Position numbers and translations under genes: made by a program
The notes under the pieces: model-generated
Told to the model about the DNA's origin: nothing
Database searches by the model: none
Seen by the model: the letters and a program-made list of their open reading frames with translations, nothing else
Assembly (NCBI GenBank): GCA_035531735.1
Contig: DATKSH010000271.1
Span: forward strand, 1 to 28,817
Reading direction: 5' to 3'
Source: Alphaproteobacteria bacterium
Lineage (GTDB): Bacteria > Pseudomonadota > Alphaproteobacteria > UBA9219
Length of the DNA stretch: 28,817 nucleotides
In this document: piece by piece, positions 8,410-18,046 of the stretch
Position numbering within the stretch: the first letter of the stretch is position 1
Layout: every line of letters starts with the position of its first letter

Positions 8410-9638
8410 TGCCCGCCTATCGCTATCGCGCCGTGCGCGCCGCGGGCGGCATCGCCAAGGGGCGCCTCGTCGCCGCCAACGAAAGCGAGTTGGCGCAGCA
8501 TCTTAACGCCGCCGGGCTCGAACTGATCGCGGCGCGCGCGAAAAACGAAACGCTCGCGCCGCGTGCGCGTTTTTATCCGCGCCTCGAAATCCGTTCGGAG
8601 CCGCGGGCGCTGGCCGGTTTTTGCCTGCAAATGAGCGATCTGCTGGCGGCCGGCATTTCCTTCGCCGCCGCGCTTTCCGATCTCGAAAGCGCGGCGGCGT
8701 CGCCGGCGTTGCGCGAGGCTCTGGCCGACGTCGCGCGCGAGGTGCGGCATGGATCGATGATCTCGGCCGCCTTCGCCCGTCATCCGCGCCTGTTTCCCGA
8801 TATTTTCGTCGCCATTCTCGCCGCCGGCGAGAAAAGCGGCGATCTCGAAAAAACCTTCGCCCATCTCGCGCGCTACGCCGAAACCCGCGCCCGCACGGCC
8901 GAGCAATTGCGTCGCGCGCTGCGCTATCCGCTGTTTTTGTTCGCGGTCGCCATCGGCGTGGTCGTTTTCATGATGATCATGGTGGTGCCGGAGGTGATCC
9001 AGTTCCTCAAGACTTTCCACAACCGGTTGCCGCTAGCGACCCGCGTCTTGATCGCGGTTTCGCAAATCGTCGTCGAAGGCTGGTGGATCGCGGGCCTCGC
9101 CATCGCCGGTATGATTGCCGCGCTGGCAATTGCGCGCAAGCACTCGCAAGCCGTGGCGTGCACGCTCGACAGCGCGCTTTTGCGCCTGCCGCTGCTCGGC
9201 CCGGCCCTGCGCAAACTGGCCCTCGCGCGTTTTACCCACAGCTTCGCCATTTTGTTCCAAAGCGGGCTCGGCGTGCCGGCCAGCCTGCGCGCGGCCAAGG
9301 CGGCACTCGGCAACAAGGCCCTCGAAGCCGCGCTCGGAGACGCCGAGCGGCAGGTGCAGGCCGGCCGCGCGCTGTCGGCGGCGATGGAAAACCTGTTTCC
9401 ACCCTTCGCCGCGCGGCTGTTGCGCACCGGCGAGCAAAGCGGGCGGCTCGGCAAGGCGCTCGGCCATATCGCATCCGCTTACGACCGCGAAGTGACGGAT
9501 GTCACCGAACGATTGATCGGCGCGATCGAACCGGCGCTGACGCTGATGATCGGCTTGATTCTGGTATGGGTGGTGCTGGCGGTGCTGGGGCCGATTTACG
9601 GCAATCTCGCCAGGATCACCGCGTCGGGGGGCTATTGA
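8409..9638 (+). CDS. PilC/GspF/MshG-family inner-membrane platform protein
   Basis: MPAYRYRAV start, two repeats of the T2SSF motif (AGEKSGDL...ALRYP; TGEQSGRL...IEPAL), three hydrophobic segments, stop/start overlap with the ATPase gene. Confidence 0.93.
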   Translation: MPAYRYRAVRAAGGIAKGRLVAANESELAQHLNAAGLELIAARAKNETLAPRARFYPRLEIRSEPRALAGFCLQMSDLLAAGISFAAALSDLESAAASPALREALADVAREVRHGSMISAAFARHPRLFPDIFVAILAAGEKSGDLEKTFAHLARYAETRARTAEQLRRALRYPLFLFAVAIGVVVFMMIMVVPEVIQFLKTFHNRLPLATRVLIAVSQIVVEGWWIAGLAIAGMIAALAIARKHSQAVACTLDSALLRLPLLGPALRKLALARFTHSFAILFQSGLGVPASLRAAKAALGNKALEAALGDAERQVQAGRALSAAMENLFPPFAARLLRTGEQSGRLGKALGHIASAYDREVTDVTERLIGAIEPALTLMIGLILVWVVLAVLGPIYGNLARITASGGY

Positions 9639-9639
9639 G

Positions 9640-11184
9640 ATGATCCTGCCGTTCGCGAAGCGCTCCCCGGCGCAATTTATTTTGTTGCTCGGCGACGAAG
9701 GAATCTTATGTACGCCTTACCGGATCGCCGCCGCGCCGCCGCCCTTTTTCACCCGCACGGGCAACGAACACGGCGTCAACGCCATTCACGCGCTGCTCGC
9801 GCGTTATCCGCAAGTGCCGGTCGCGTTGCTGATCGACACGCTGGAGCAGGATTTCCGCATCGACACCTTGCCGCGCCTCAATCCGTTCGACCGCGCCGCC
9901 TTGATCAAGCGCCGTTTGCAGCAAGCTTTTCCCGACGCCTTTTTGCGCGCGCACCTGGTGCAGGGCGGCGGGCGCGTGCTGCTGGCCGGCGTCGGCAACA
10001 ACGGCCCGCTCTCGGCATGGCTTCAGCGTTTGGAGCGGCCGGGCGCGGCGGCGCCACGCTTCGCTCTCTTACCGGTCGAAGCGGCCGATCTTGCCGCGCG
10101 CCTCGCGCCGGCGGAAAACGGCTGGAGCCTGCTTTTGAGCCGCCAGCAGGCCGGCGGCGTTCGCCAGATCGTCGCGCGCGACGGCAAGCTGGTTTTCACA
10201 CGCCTGACGCCGTCCGTGCCGCCTGATGCGGGCACCGGCGAAATTGCGCAATCGGTCGTGCGCGACCTGCGCGCGACGCTCGGCTATCTCGGCCGCCTCG
10301 GTTTAAGCGATAGCCGCCAATTGGCGGCCGCGATCCTCGCGCCGCCGTTCCTGCACGACGCGCTGCGCAAGGCCGCTCCCCCACTCGGCACCCTGAATAT
10401 TCTTTCGCCGCGCGCGGCCGCCTTGCAACTCGACCTGCCTTTCTTTCCGGAAGACGGCGATCCGTTCGGCGACGCGCTGTTCGTCGGCTGGTTCGCCCGC
10501 AGGAAAAAACTCCTTATGCCGCTGATGACGCCGGACCGGCGGGCGGCGCGGCAAGGCGTTTTGATCCGGCGCTGGGGCTGGCGCGCCGCCGTCGCCGCCT
10601 TGCTGCTCGCCCTTGTCCTAGGCGGCTGGCAAACGCATGACGCCTTCGCCACCATTTTCAAGAGCCGCCGCGCGGCCTACGAGCTGGCCGCACTGCGACA
10701 TGAACTAGCCGAGGAACAGGCGGCAACCGGCTCCGTTACCGCGCCATTGGGACGGCTGCGCGCGGCCCTCGAACGCAAGCGCCTGTTCGCCGCGCCGCAG
10801 CCTGCGCCGTGGCCGTTACTGGCGGCGCTGGCGCGGGGGCTCGGCGGCACGGCGCGGCTCGTCAGGCTCGACTGGCGCTATGAAAGCGCGCAGGAAGCCG
10901 AAAACGATAAGGCAAAAAAGGATCGGCCCGCCGGCGAAATTCTGGCCATCGACCTGTGCCTCGTGCCGGCCCTCGATGCCACGGCTTCGAAAGACGCGAT
11001 CGTCGCCGGTTTCCAGCATGTGGCGACGGCATTGGCGACGACGCTGCCGGGCTATACGGTCGCGGTCACGCGTTTTCCGTTCCCGGCCCTGCCGCAGGAA
11101 ACCTTGTCCAACGACGGAAAAACGGGCGCGGATGCTCCGGGCGATTTCACCGCCGCCTTCATGATCCAGAAGGCAACGCCATGA
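9640..11184 (+). CDS. Putative alignment-complex protein, GspL-like / PilM-PilN-like fusion
   Basis: Large soluble N-terminal region, one TM helix (WRAAVAALLLALVLGGWQ), then a coiled coil and a C-terminal domain. In-operon position after pilC. The function call is an inference from architecture and synteny. Confidence 0.6.
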   Translation: MILPFAKRSPAQFILLLGDEGILCTPYRIAAAPPPFFTRTGNEHGVNAIHALLARYPQVPVALLIDTLEQDFRIDTLPRLNPFDRAALIKRRLQQAFPDAFLRAHLVQGGGRVLLAGVGNNGPLSAWLQRLERPGAAAPRFALLPVEAADLAARLAPAENGWSLLLSRQQAGGVRQIVARDGKLVFTRLTPSVPPDAGTGEIAQSVVRDLRATLGYLGRLGLSDSRQLAAAILAPPFLHDALRKAAPPLGTLNILSPRAAALQLDLPFFPEDGDPFGDALFVGWFARRKKLLMPLMTPDRRAARQGVLIRRWGWRAAVAALLLALVLGGWQTHDAFATIFKSRRAAYELAALRHELAEEQAATGSVTAPLGRLRAALERKRLFAAPQPAPWPLLAALARGLGGTARLVRLDWRYESAQEAENDKAKKDRPAGEILAIDLCLVPALDATASKDAIVAGFQHVATALATTLPGYTVAVTRFPFPALPQETLSNDGKTGADAPGDFTAAFMIQKATP

Positions 11185-11780
11185 ACGCCCCGCGCCCGCA
11201 TGTTCCGTGGCTCGCGCTTGTGGCGCTGGCGTTGACGATTGCGTTCGGCAGCGGCCCGCTCGCGCGAATTCTGCAAACCTCGGCGGCGCAACGCCTGCCC
11301 GCCCTCGAGACGCAGCGCGCGCAAGCCGCGAAAAATTTGCGGCAATTGCAAAGCGACGCGGCGCTGGCGCGCAAGCTGAGCGGCCAGATCGACGCCGCCG
11401 GCGCGGCGCGGATGCTGGCGCCGGTCGATCGGCTGCAGGCGGCGGCGCAACTCGAACGGGCGGCGGCGGCATCGGGCCTGCGCCATTTTACCTACACCAT
11501 CGGCGCCGAGCATCCGGTCACCGTCACGGATAGCGGCCTGCGCCAAAAACTGGCGCGCTGTTCGATCCGGCTGGCGGCCGACGCGCCGCTCGACACCGAC
11601 GCCTCCGCTTTTATCGTCCGTATCCAGAAAATCCTGCCGGGACGCGTGCGGGTGCGGGCCTTTTCGTTGACCCGCATCGGCGGCGCAAACACGCCACTCG
11701 GCGCCGTCAACCTGCGTTTTACGGCGACGCTCGCATGGCTATCGAACGGCGCGCGCACGGTGCTGGCAGGGACGCCATGA
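11181..11780 (+). CDS. Putative PilO/GspM-like bitopic protein (start revised to ATG 11181)
   Basis: ATGA overlap with the previous stop, N-terminal TM (WLALVALALTIAFGSGPL), coiled coil, C-terminal alternating beta pattern (VRVRAFSLTR, LRFTATLAWL). Confidence 0.6.
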   Translation: MNAPRPHVPWLALVALALTIAFGSGPLARILQTSAAQRLPALETQRAQAAKNLRQLQSDAALARKLSGQIDAAGAARMLAPVDRLQAAAQLERAAAASGLRHFTYTIGAEHPVTVTDSGLRQKLARCSIRLAADAPLDTDASAFIVRIQKILPGRVRVRAFSLTRIGGANTPLGAVNLRFTATLAWLSNGARTVLAGTP

Positions 11781-12187
11781 AAACGCTTTTGTGCGCAATC
11801 ATCGTGGCGGCGATGCTGGCGGAACCGGTTCCGCCAGCCCTGGCCGCGCCGCCTCAAGGCCCGCCGGCCGTATCGCTCTTTTTCACGCCGGCCGAAACCG
11901 CGCAAATCGCAGCGCTGGCGGCAAGCGGCGGCGCGGAAACCGCTGCTGCCGATCTCTCGCTCGGTGCGGTGATTTATTACGGACCGAACGACTGGAGCGT
12001 ATGGCTGCAAGGGGCATGCTGGACGCCGGTGACGGCGGCGCGGCCCGATCTGCGCATTCTCGGCGTCGCGCCGGACCTCGTCCGGCTTATGTGGACGCCA
12101 CAGAGCGGGCCACCACGCACCATAAGTTTGCGCGCGCATCAAACTTATCAGATTGCGACCGGAAAAATCGTCGAAGGCAGCCGCTAA
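11777..12187 (+). CDS. Small exported protein, putative PilP/GspC/MshK-like (start revised to ATG 11777)
   Basis: ATGA overlap, signal peptide MKTLLCAIIVAAMLAEPVPPALA, SLFFTPAE, and a beta-rich LSLGAVIYYGPNDWSVWLQG segment. Last gene of the operon. Confidence 0.55.
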   Translation: MKTLLCAIIVAAMLAEPVPPALAAPPQGPPAVSLFFTPAETAQIAALAASGGAETAAADLSLGAVIYYGPNDWSVWLQGACWTPVTAARPDLRILGVAPDLVRLMWTPQSGPPRTISLRAHQTYQIATGKIVEGSR

Positions 12188-12197
12188 CCGGGGCGGC

Positions 12198-13370
12198 TCA
12201 CGGCGCCGCCGCCGTCGCGTCGAGATAAGCCAGCCGCTGGCGAATCGCCACGGGCGAGAACGGCAAGGCACCCGCAGCGCCGTCCTTATAAGCGGCGGCG
12301 GCGCTGAGTACCTGCCGATAAGCCGCGATGGCTTGGCCGCCACGGCCGAGCCGATCGAGCAAGACGGCATCATCGAGGCGATAGACCGGGTCGCCCGGCG
12401 CATCCGCCGCCGCGCGTTGCGCGTAGATCAGCGCGTCGTTGGTATCATTCTTTCGAGTCAGAAGGCGGGCAAGTGCATCCTCGGCCGGCGCGAAGCCGGG
12501 CTGTGCATTTGCCATGCGCGTCAATTCGCGTTGCGCTTCTGACGATCCCCACGCGCCGAGATGCACGGCAAGATCGGCGCGCGCGGCTTGATCGGCCGGC
12601 GCCATGGCAAGGCGGCGGCGATCAGCGGCGGCGGCGGCGGCGTCATCGCCTTCGCCGGCCAGCGCATAAGCCTTGCCGGCCAGCGCCGCGCGGGTGGTTT
12701 GGTCGTGGGCCAGGACGTAATCATAGAGGACGACGGCAGCGCGATTGTCGCCGGATTGCAGCAACGTGCGCGCATCCTCCAGCAACCGGGCCGCGGCGGC
12801 ATCGCCGGCATTCTCGACCGTGATGCGCGCGCCGCGATCAGGCACCGCCGCCAACGCCGCATCATGCGGCACGGGACGGCGCCGCAAGGCCGGCACGCCG
12901 GCAAGGTCCTTGGCGACCAGCGCCACGTCCGGGTCGCCGGCCATCGCCGTCGCCACATCGACCGGCAACGGCGGCGGCGCGAGGCGCCATGCCGGGATGG
13001 CGATGCCGGGATCGTCGTTTGCGGGTAACGATGCCGCCTTGATGGACGACGGCACAGCCGGCGCCGGCACCACGACATCGTCCGGCAACGGCCAGATCGG
13101 GCCATCATAGGTATCGGCGGCGATGGATTGGGCTGGCGGCGGCGTCCATTGCGCGATCATGGCATAATCCAACGAAACGCCACGCGCAAACCACCACGCG
13201 CCCGCCATCATTGCCACGCCGCACAAGGCCGCAAAGCCAAGCGCCGGCCACAGCCGCGCGCGGCGGCGCGGCGACGTCCACGCCATCAGCGGGATCGCGC
13301 GCGGCGGCGGACGGCGATCGTTGGCGGCCCGGCCGAAGGCTTGCGGCGTGGCGTGCGGCGACGAATGCAT
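12198..13370 (-). CDS. Membrane-anchored tetratricopeptide-repeat protein (MshN-like architecture); start uncertain (13370 or 13286; track start 13505 unlikely)
   Basis: Single TM (LWPALGFAALCGVAMMAGAWWFA), Pro-rich linker, C-terminal helical repeats with TPR-type patterns (AALAGKAYALA, DPVYRLDDAVLLDRLG, AIAAYRQVL). Confidence 0.7.
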   Translation of the reverse strand: MHSSPHATPQAFGRAANDRRPPPRAIPLMAWTSPRRRARLWPALGFAALCGVAMMAGAWWFARGVSLDYAMIAQWTPPPAQSIAADTYDGPIWPLPDDVVVPAPAVPSSIKAASLPANDDPGIAIPAWRLAPPPLPVDVATAMAGDPDVALVAKDLAGVPALRRRPVPHDAALAAVPDRGARITVENAGDAAAARLLEDARTLLQSGDNRAAVVLYDYVLAHDQTTRAALAGKAYALAGEGDDAAAAAADRRRLAMAPADQAARADLAVHLGAWGSSEAQRELTRMANAQPGFAPAEDALARLLTRKNDTNDALIYAQRAAADAPGDPVYRLDDAVLLDRLGRGGQAIAAYRQVLSAAAAYKDGAAGALPFSPVAIRQRLAYLDATAAAP

Positions 13371-13563
13371 AACAGGGGATGGTTTCGAAAGCGAAAGGAG
13401 GGAGCCATTCATTAGCACAACGGCAAAGCCCTCGCCAAGGCCGGAGAAAGCCCGGATTTTGCGGGCTTTTCCGGCCGTATGTGTTGCGCGGGATTCGCGG
13501 ATCATTCACAATGCGCAAAGTTTCACGTGGCTGCGGACAGTCTTCCGCCGAAGTGAGGTCCCG

Positions 13564-13653
13564 ATGCTCTTCGAGCTTTATGTGGGCGGTGTAACGGCGT
13601 TGGGGCTGGCCGCCTATCTGGTCTTCGCCCTCATCCACCCGGAAGAATTCTGA
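13564..13653 (+). CDS. kdpF: K+-transporting ATPase subunit F (29 aa)
   Basis: MLFELYVGGVTALGLAAYLVFALIHPEEF: hydrophobic peptide with the KdpF YL..AL..PE.F ending, 9 nt before kdpA. The ORF track shows it only as the tail of a 110-aa ORF. Confidence 0.93.
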   Translation: MLFELYVGGVTALGLAAYLVFALIHPEEF

Positions 13654-13662
13654 TCCCCCTCC

Positions 13663-15387
13663 ATGCGCCTTGCCGATCTTCTGCAATTCCTTTTGTTCGC
13701 CGGCGCGGCCGTCGCCGTCGTATGGCCGCTCGGTGCCTATATGACGCGCGTGTTCAGCGGCCAGCCGGTATGGCTCGGCAAGATCGTCGGGCCTTTCGAG
13801 AGGCTGATTTACAAAATCGCCGGGCTGCGCGCGGATCGGGAACAAACATGGAGCGCTTATGCCGGCGCGGTCCTGTTGTTCAATATTCTCGGCATGGCGG
13901 TTTTGTTCCTGATCCTGGTTTTTCAGGACAGGCTGCCGTGGAACCCGCAGCGCCTGCCGGCCTTGCCGAAACTGCTGGCCTTCAACATCGCCGCCAGTTT
14001 CACGACCAACACCGACTGGCAATCCTATGCGCCCGAAACCACGCTGAGTTATTTCAGCCAGATGTTGGGCCTCGGCGTGCAGAATTTCCTCTCTGCCGCC
14101 ACCGGCATGGCCGTGGCCGTCGCCGTCATTCGCGGCTTCGTGCGCAAGGAAACCCGCACGCTTGGCAACTTCTATGTCGATTGCACGCGCGCGGTGCTTT
14201 ATGTGCTGTTGCCGCTGGCTTTTGTGTTCGCCCTCGTCCTTGTCTGGCAGGGTGTACCGATGAATCTCAAGCCTTATGTAGAAGCGACCACGCTCGGACA
14301 TGTGAAGCAGCTTATCGCCCAAGGCCCGGTCGCCTCGCAGGTCGCGATCAAGGAGCTCGGCACCAATGGCGGCGGCTTTTTCAATGCCAACGGCGCGCAT
14401 CCCTACGAAAACCCGACTCCGTTCAGTAATTTTCTCGAACTGATAAGCATCGTCGCCATCGCCGCCGCGTTCGTCGTCATGTTCGGCCGCATGGTCGGCG
14501 ACAAGCGGCAGGGCCGCGCTCTCTTGGCCTGCATGACGATTTTGTTCCTCGCGCTGTTCGCCTTTTGTTGGGCAAGCGAGGCACAGGGCAACCCGCACTT
14601 CGCCGCTTTGGGAATCGATCAAACCATCAGCGCCACCAATCCCGGCGGCAACATGGAAGGCAAGGAAGACCGTTTCGGCATCATGAATTCGGCCCTGTGG
14701 GCGACCTTGACCACCGCGACCTCCAACGGCTCGGTCAATGCCATGCATGACAGCTTCACGCCGTTCGGCGGCCTCGTGCCGCTGTTCAACATGCTGGTCG
14801 GTGAAGTGATTTATGGCGGCGTCGGATGTGGGCTTTACGGCATCCTGATTTACGTGCTGCTGACCGTTTTCATCGCCGGGTTGATGGTCGGGCGCACGCC
14901 GGAATATCTCGGTAAGAAGATCGAGGCTTACGAGATCAAGCTCGCCGTATTTGCGATGCTGCTTTATCCGCTCTGCGTTCTGGGTTTTGGCGTACCGGGC
15001 CTTTTGCTCCCGGCCGCCGCCGCATCGATCACTGCCGCGCAGCCACACGGCCTTACGCAGGCGCTTTACGCCTATGCCTCGGCGGCCGGCAACAACGGCT
15101 CGGATTTCGCCGGCTTCAATGCCGATACCAATTATCAAAACATCGCGCTCGGCATCGTGTTTTTGCTCGGCCGTTTTGGCGTGATCCTGCCAGTGCTGGC
15201 CATCGCCGGCTCGCTGGCGGCCAAAAAGACCGTGCCAGCTTCGCCCGGCACCTTCCCAACCCACGGCTTGATGTTCGTCGTGCTTTTAACCGGCGTCATC
15301 GTTATGTTCGGCGGCCTGACCTATTTCCCGGCTTTGGCCTTGGGCCCCATCGCCGAGCATTTCATGCTCCACCCGGCGGGGCTTTGA
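13663..15387 (+). CDS. kdpA: K+-transporting ATPase subunit A
   Basis: Filter loops [43 protein letters not shown]; [11 protein letters not shown]; very hydrophobic. Confidence 0.97.
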   Translation: MRLADLLQFLLFAGAAVAVVWPLGAYMTRVFSGQPVWLGKIVGPFERLIYKIAGLRADREQTWSAYAGAVLLFNILGMAVLFLILVFQDRLPWNPQRLPALPKLLAFNIAASFTTNTDWQSYAPETTLSYFSQMLGLGVQNFLSAATGMAVAVAVIRGFVRKETRTLGNFYVDCTRAVLYVLLPLAFVFALVLVWQGVPMNLKPYVEATTLGHVKQLIAQGPVASQVAIKELGTNGGGFFNANGAHPYENPTPFSNFLELISIVAIAAAFVVMFGRMVGDKRQGRALLACMTILFLALFAFCWASEAQGNPHFAALGIDQTISATNPGGNMEGKEDRFGIMNSALWATLTTATSNGSVNAMHDSFTPFGGLVPLFNMLVGEVIYGGVGCGLYGILIYVLLTVFIAGLMVGRTPEYLGKKIEAYEIKLAVFAMLLYPLCVLGFGVPGLLLPAAAASITAAQPHGLTQALYAYASAAGNNGSDFAGFNADTNYQNIALGIVFLLGRFGVILPVLAIAGSLAAKKTVPASPGTFPTHGLMFVVLLTGVIVMFGGLTYFPALALGPIAEHFMLHPAGL

Positions 15388-15388
15388 G

Positions 15389-17446
15389 ATGGACGGCAAG
15401 GCCCGCCTCCGCAAAAGACGCGCCCGCCGCGGCGCCCTGCTCGATTCCGCCCTGATCGGCGAGGCGGCGCTCAACGCCATCGGCAAACTCGATCCGCGCC
15501 AATTGATCCGCAACCCGGTTATGTTCACGGTCGGCGTCGCCGGTTTCGCCGCGACGGTAATCGCGTGCGAGCAAGGGTTGCACGACGCGGCGTTTGCCTT
15601 CAGCTTGCAAATTGCGCTGTGGCTATGGTTCACGGTGCTGTTCGCCAATTTCGCCGAAGCCTTGGCGGAGGGGCGCGGCAAGGCGCAGGCCGACAGCATG
15701 CGCCGCACCAAGACCGAGACCATGGCCAAGAAACTGGCCACCAAGGACGGCGAGGATTTCAAGCTGGTGCCGGCCGCCCAATTGCGCGCCGGCGACCTGG
15801 TGCTGGCCGAGACCGGCGACACCATTCCCGGCGACGGCGATGTGGTCAAAGGAATTGCCACGGTCGATGAATCCGCCATTACCGGCGAATCCGCGCCGGT
15901 CATCCGCGAGTCCGGCGGCGACCGTTCGGCCGTCACCGGCGGCACGCGGGTGGTATCGGATCGCGTGGTGATCGAGATCCGCGTCAATCCCGGCGAAAGC
16001 TTCCTCGACCGCATGATCGGGCTCGTGGAAGGCGCCAAGCGCCAGAAGACGCCCAACGAAATCGCTCTCAATATCCTTCTGATCGGCCTAACGCTGATTT
16101 TCCTTATCGTCTGCGTGACGCTGCAAGGCATGGCAGCCTATTCGGGAAAAATGGTCCCGGTGATCGACCTGATCGCCCTGTTTGTCACGCTGATCCCCAC
16201 CACTATCGGCGGCCTCTTGTCGGCCATCGGCATCGCCGGCATGGATCGCCTTGTGGCTTTCAACGTGGTGGCCAAATCGGGCCGCGCGGTCGAGGCCGCC
16301 GGCGACATCGATGTCCTGTTGCTCGACAAGACCGGCACCATCACGCTCGGCAACCGCATGGCTAGCGAATTCCTGCCGGTCGCCGGCGCATCCGAGGAAA
16401 ACCTGGCGGAAGCCGCGATGTTGTCGTCCCTCACCGACGAAACGCCGGAAGGCAAATCCATCGTGCGGCTGGCCGAGGAACGATTCGGCTGGAAGGCCGC
16501 CACGCGCAGCACGCCCGACATGGAATTCATCCCCTTCAGCGCCACCACGCGTATGAGCGGCGTCGATGCCGGCGGTATCGCGATCAGGAAAGGCGCGCCC
16601 GATGCGATCCTGAAACTGACCGGCCAGCAACCGGGCGCCGCGATTAACCGCGCCATCGAGCGAGTAGCCAAGACCGGCGGCACGCCGCTTTTGGTCGCGC
16701 GCAACAAGCAATTGCTCGGCGTCGTGCATTTGAAGGACATCATCAAGGCCGGCATCCGCGAACGTTTTGCCACCCTGCGGCGCATGGGCATCCGCACCGT
16801 GATGATTACCGGCGACAACGCGCTCACGGCGGCGGCGATCGCGGCGGAAGCCGGGGTCGACGATTTCCTCGCCGAGGCGTCGCCCGAAAAAAAACTCGAA
16901 CTGATCCGCCACGAGCAAGCCGACGGCAAACTGATCGCCATGTGCGGCGACGGCTCCAACGACGCGCCGGCGCTGGCGCAGGCCGATGTCGGCGTCGCCA
17001 TGAACACCGGCACCATGGCCGCGCGCGAGGCCGGTAACATGATCGACCTCGACAGCAATCCGACCAAATTGATCGAGGTAGTGATGATCGGCAAACAATT
17101 GCTGATGAGCCGCGGCGCACTGACGACCTTTTCCATCGCCAACGACGTGGCTAAGTATTTCGCCATCATCCCGGCCTTGTTCCTCGGCATTTATCCGGCG
17201 CTCGGCGCACTCAACGTCATGCGCCTCGGCAGCCCGCAAAGCGCCGTTTTATCGGCTATCATCTTCAACGCGCTGATCCTGATTGCCCTCGTGCCGCTGG
17301 CGCTCAAGGGCGTCAAATACCGCCCGGCCTCGGCCAGCGCCATCCTGCGGCGCAATTTGTTGCTCTATGGCGGCGGCGGCCTGATCCTGCCCTTTATCGC
17401 CATCAAGGCGATTGATATGATCGTCAGCCATTTCATGGGAAGCTAG
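15389..17446 (+). CDS. kdpB: K+-transporting ATPase subunit B (P-type ATPase)
   Basis: TGES, phosphorylation motif DKTGT (Asp codon 16325-16327), [29 protein letters not shown]. Confidence 0.98.
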   Translation: MDGKARLRKRRARRGALLDSALIGEAALNAIGKLDPRQLIRNPVMFTVGVAGFAATVIACEQGLHDAAFAFSLQIALWLWFTVLFANFAEALAEGRGKAQADSMRRTKTETMAKKLATKDGEDFKLVPAAQLRAGDLVLAETGDTIPGDGDVVKGIATVDESAITGESAPVIRESGGDRSAVTGGTRVVSDRVVIEIRVNPGESFLDRMIGLVEGAKRQKTPNEIALNILLIGLTLIFLIVCVTLQGMAAYSGKMVPVIDLIALFVTLIPTTIGGLLSAIGIAGMDRLVAFNVVAKSGRAVEAAGDIDVLLLDKTGTITLGNRMASEFLPVAGASEENLAEAAMLSSLTDETPEGKSIVRLAEERFGWKAATRSTPDMEFIPFSATTRMSGVDAGGIAIRKGAPDAILKLTGQQPGAAINRAIERVAKTGGTPLLVARNKQLLGVVHLKDIIKAGIRERFATLRRMGIRTVMITGDNALTAAAIAAEAGVDDFLAEASPEKKLELIRHEQADGKLIAMCGDGSNDAPALAQADVGVAMNTGTMAAREAGNMIDLDSNPTKLIEVVMIGKQLLMSRGALTTFSIANDVAKYFAIIPALFLGIYPALGALNVMRLGSPQSAVLSAIIFNALILIALVPLALKGVKYRPASASAILRRNLLLYGGGGLILPFIAIKAIDMIVSHFMGS

Positions 17447-17449
17447 GCG

Positions 17450-18046
17450 ATGGGAAAAGAGTTGCGCGCGGCCTTCGGCCTTTTCGTCCTGCTGGTCCTG
17501 CTGACGGGTGTGGTTTACCCGGCGGCAGTGCTTGGCATCGGGCACGCGCTGTTTCCTTTTCAAGCCGGCGGCAGTCTTGTCAGCGTCAATGGTGCGATGA
17601 TCGGTTCGACCTTGATCGGGCAAGCGTTCGACGGCCCGGCTTATTTCCACTCGCGCCCTTCCGATGCCGGCGCGGGCTATGACGCGGTCAATTCCTCCGG
17701 CAGCAACCTGGCGCCGACCGCGGCCAAGCTTTTGGAAGACGTCAACGCACGCGTGACGGCGCTCAAGGCCGCCAGCAACACGCCGATCCCGGTCGATCTC
17801 GTCACCTCCTCGGCCAGCGGCCTCGATCCCGACATTTCGCTGGCGGCGGCTTATTTCGAGGCCCCGCGCGTGGCGGCCGCGCGTCATCTGCTGCCGGCCG
17901 CGCTTCTTAAACTGATCAACACGCAAGCCAAGGGACGCACCTTCGGCCTATTGGGCGAAAACCGTGTCAATGTGCTGCAACTCAATCTCGCGCTCGACGC
18001 GTTGACGTCCCCGGCATCGCAAAAGGCGGGGCCGCATGGCCGATAA
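17450..18046 (+). CDS. kdpC: K+-transporting ATPase subunit C
   Basis: N-terminal TM, GSTLIGQAF...YFHSRPS, SGSNLAPT, IPVDLVTSSASGLDPDIS, RVNVLQLNLALD. Confidence 0.97.
   Translation: MGKELRAAFGLFVLLVLLTGVVYPAAVLGIGHALFPFQAGGSLVSVNGAMIGSTLIGQAFDGPAYFHSRPSDAGAGYDAVNSSGSNLAPTAAKLLEDVNARVTALKAASNTPIPVDLVTSSASGLDPDISLAAAYFEAPRVAAARHLLPAALLKLINTQAKGRTFGLLGENRVNVLQLNLALDALTSPASQKAGPHGR

Noticed and set aside
12179-12198. 6-bp GC stem (agccgc/gcggct) spanning two convergent stop codons
   Set aside because: No U-tract on either strand, and short GC stems arise by chance at this composition.
13654-13662. kdpA preceded by CCCCCTCC instead of an SD sequence
   Set aside because: SD-less starts and re-initiation after a small upstream ORF (kdpF) are ordinary.
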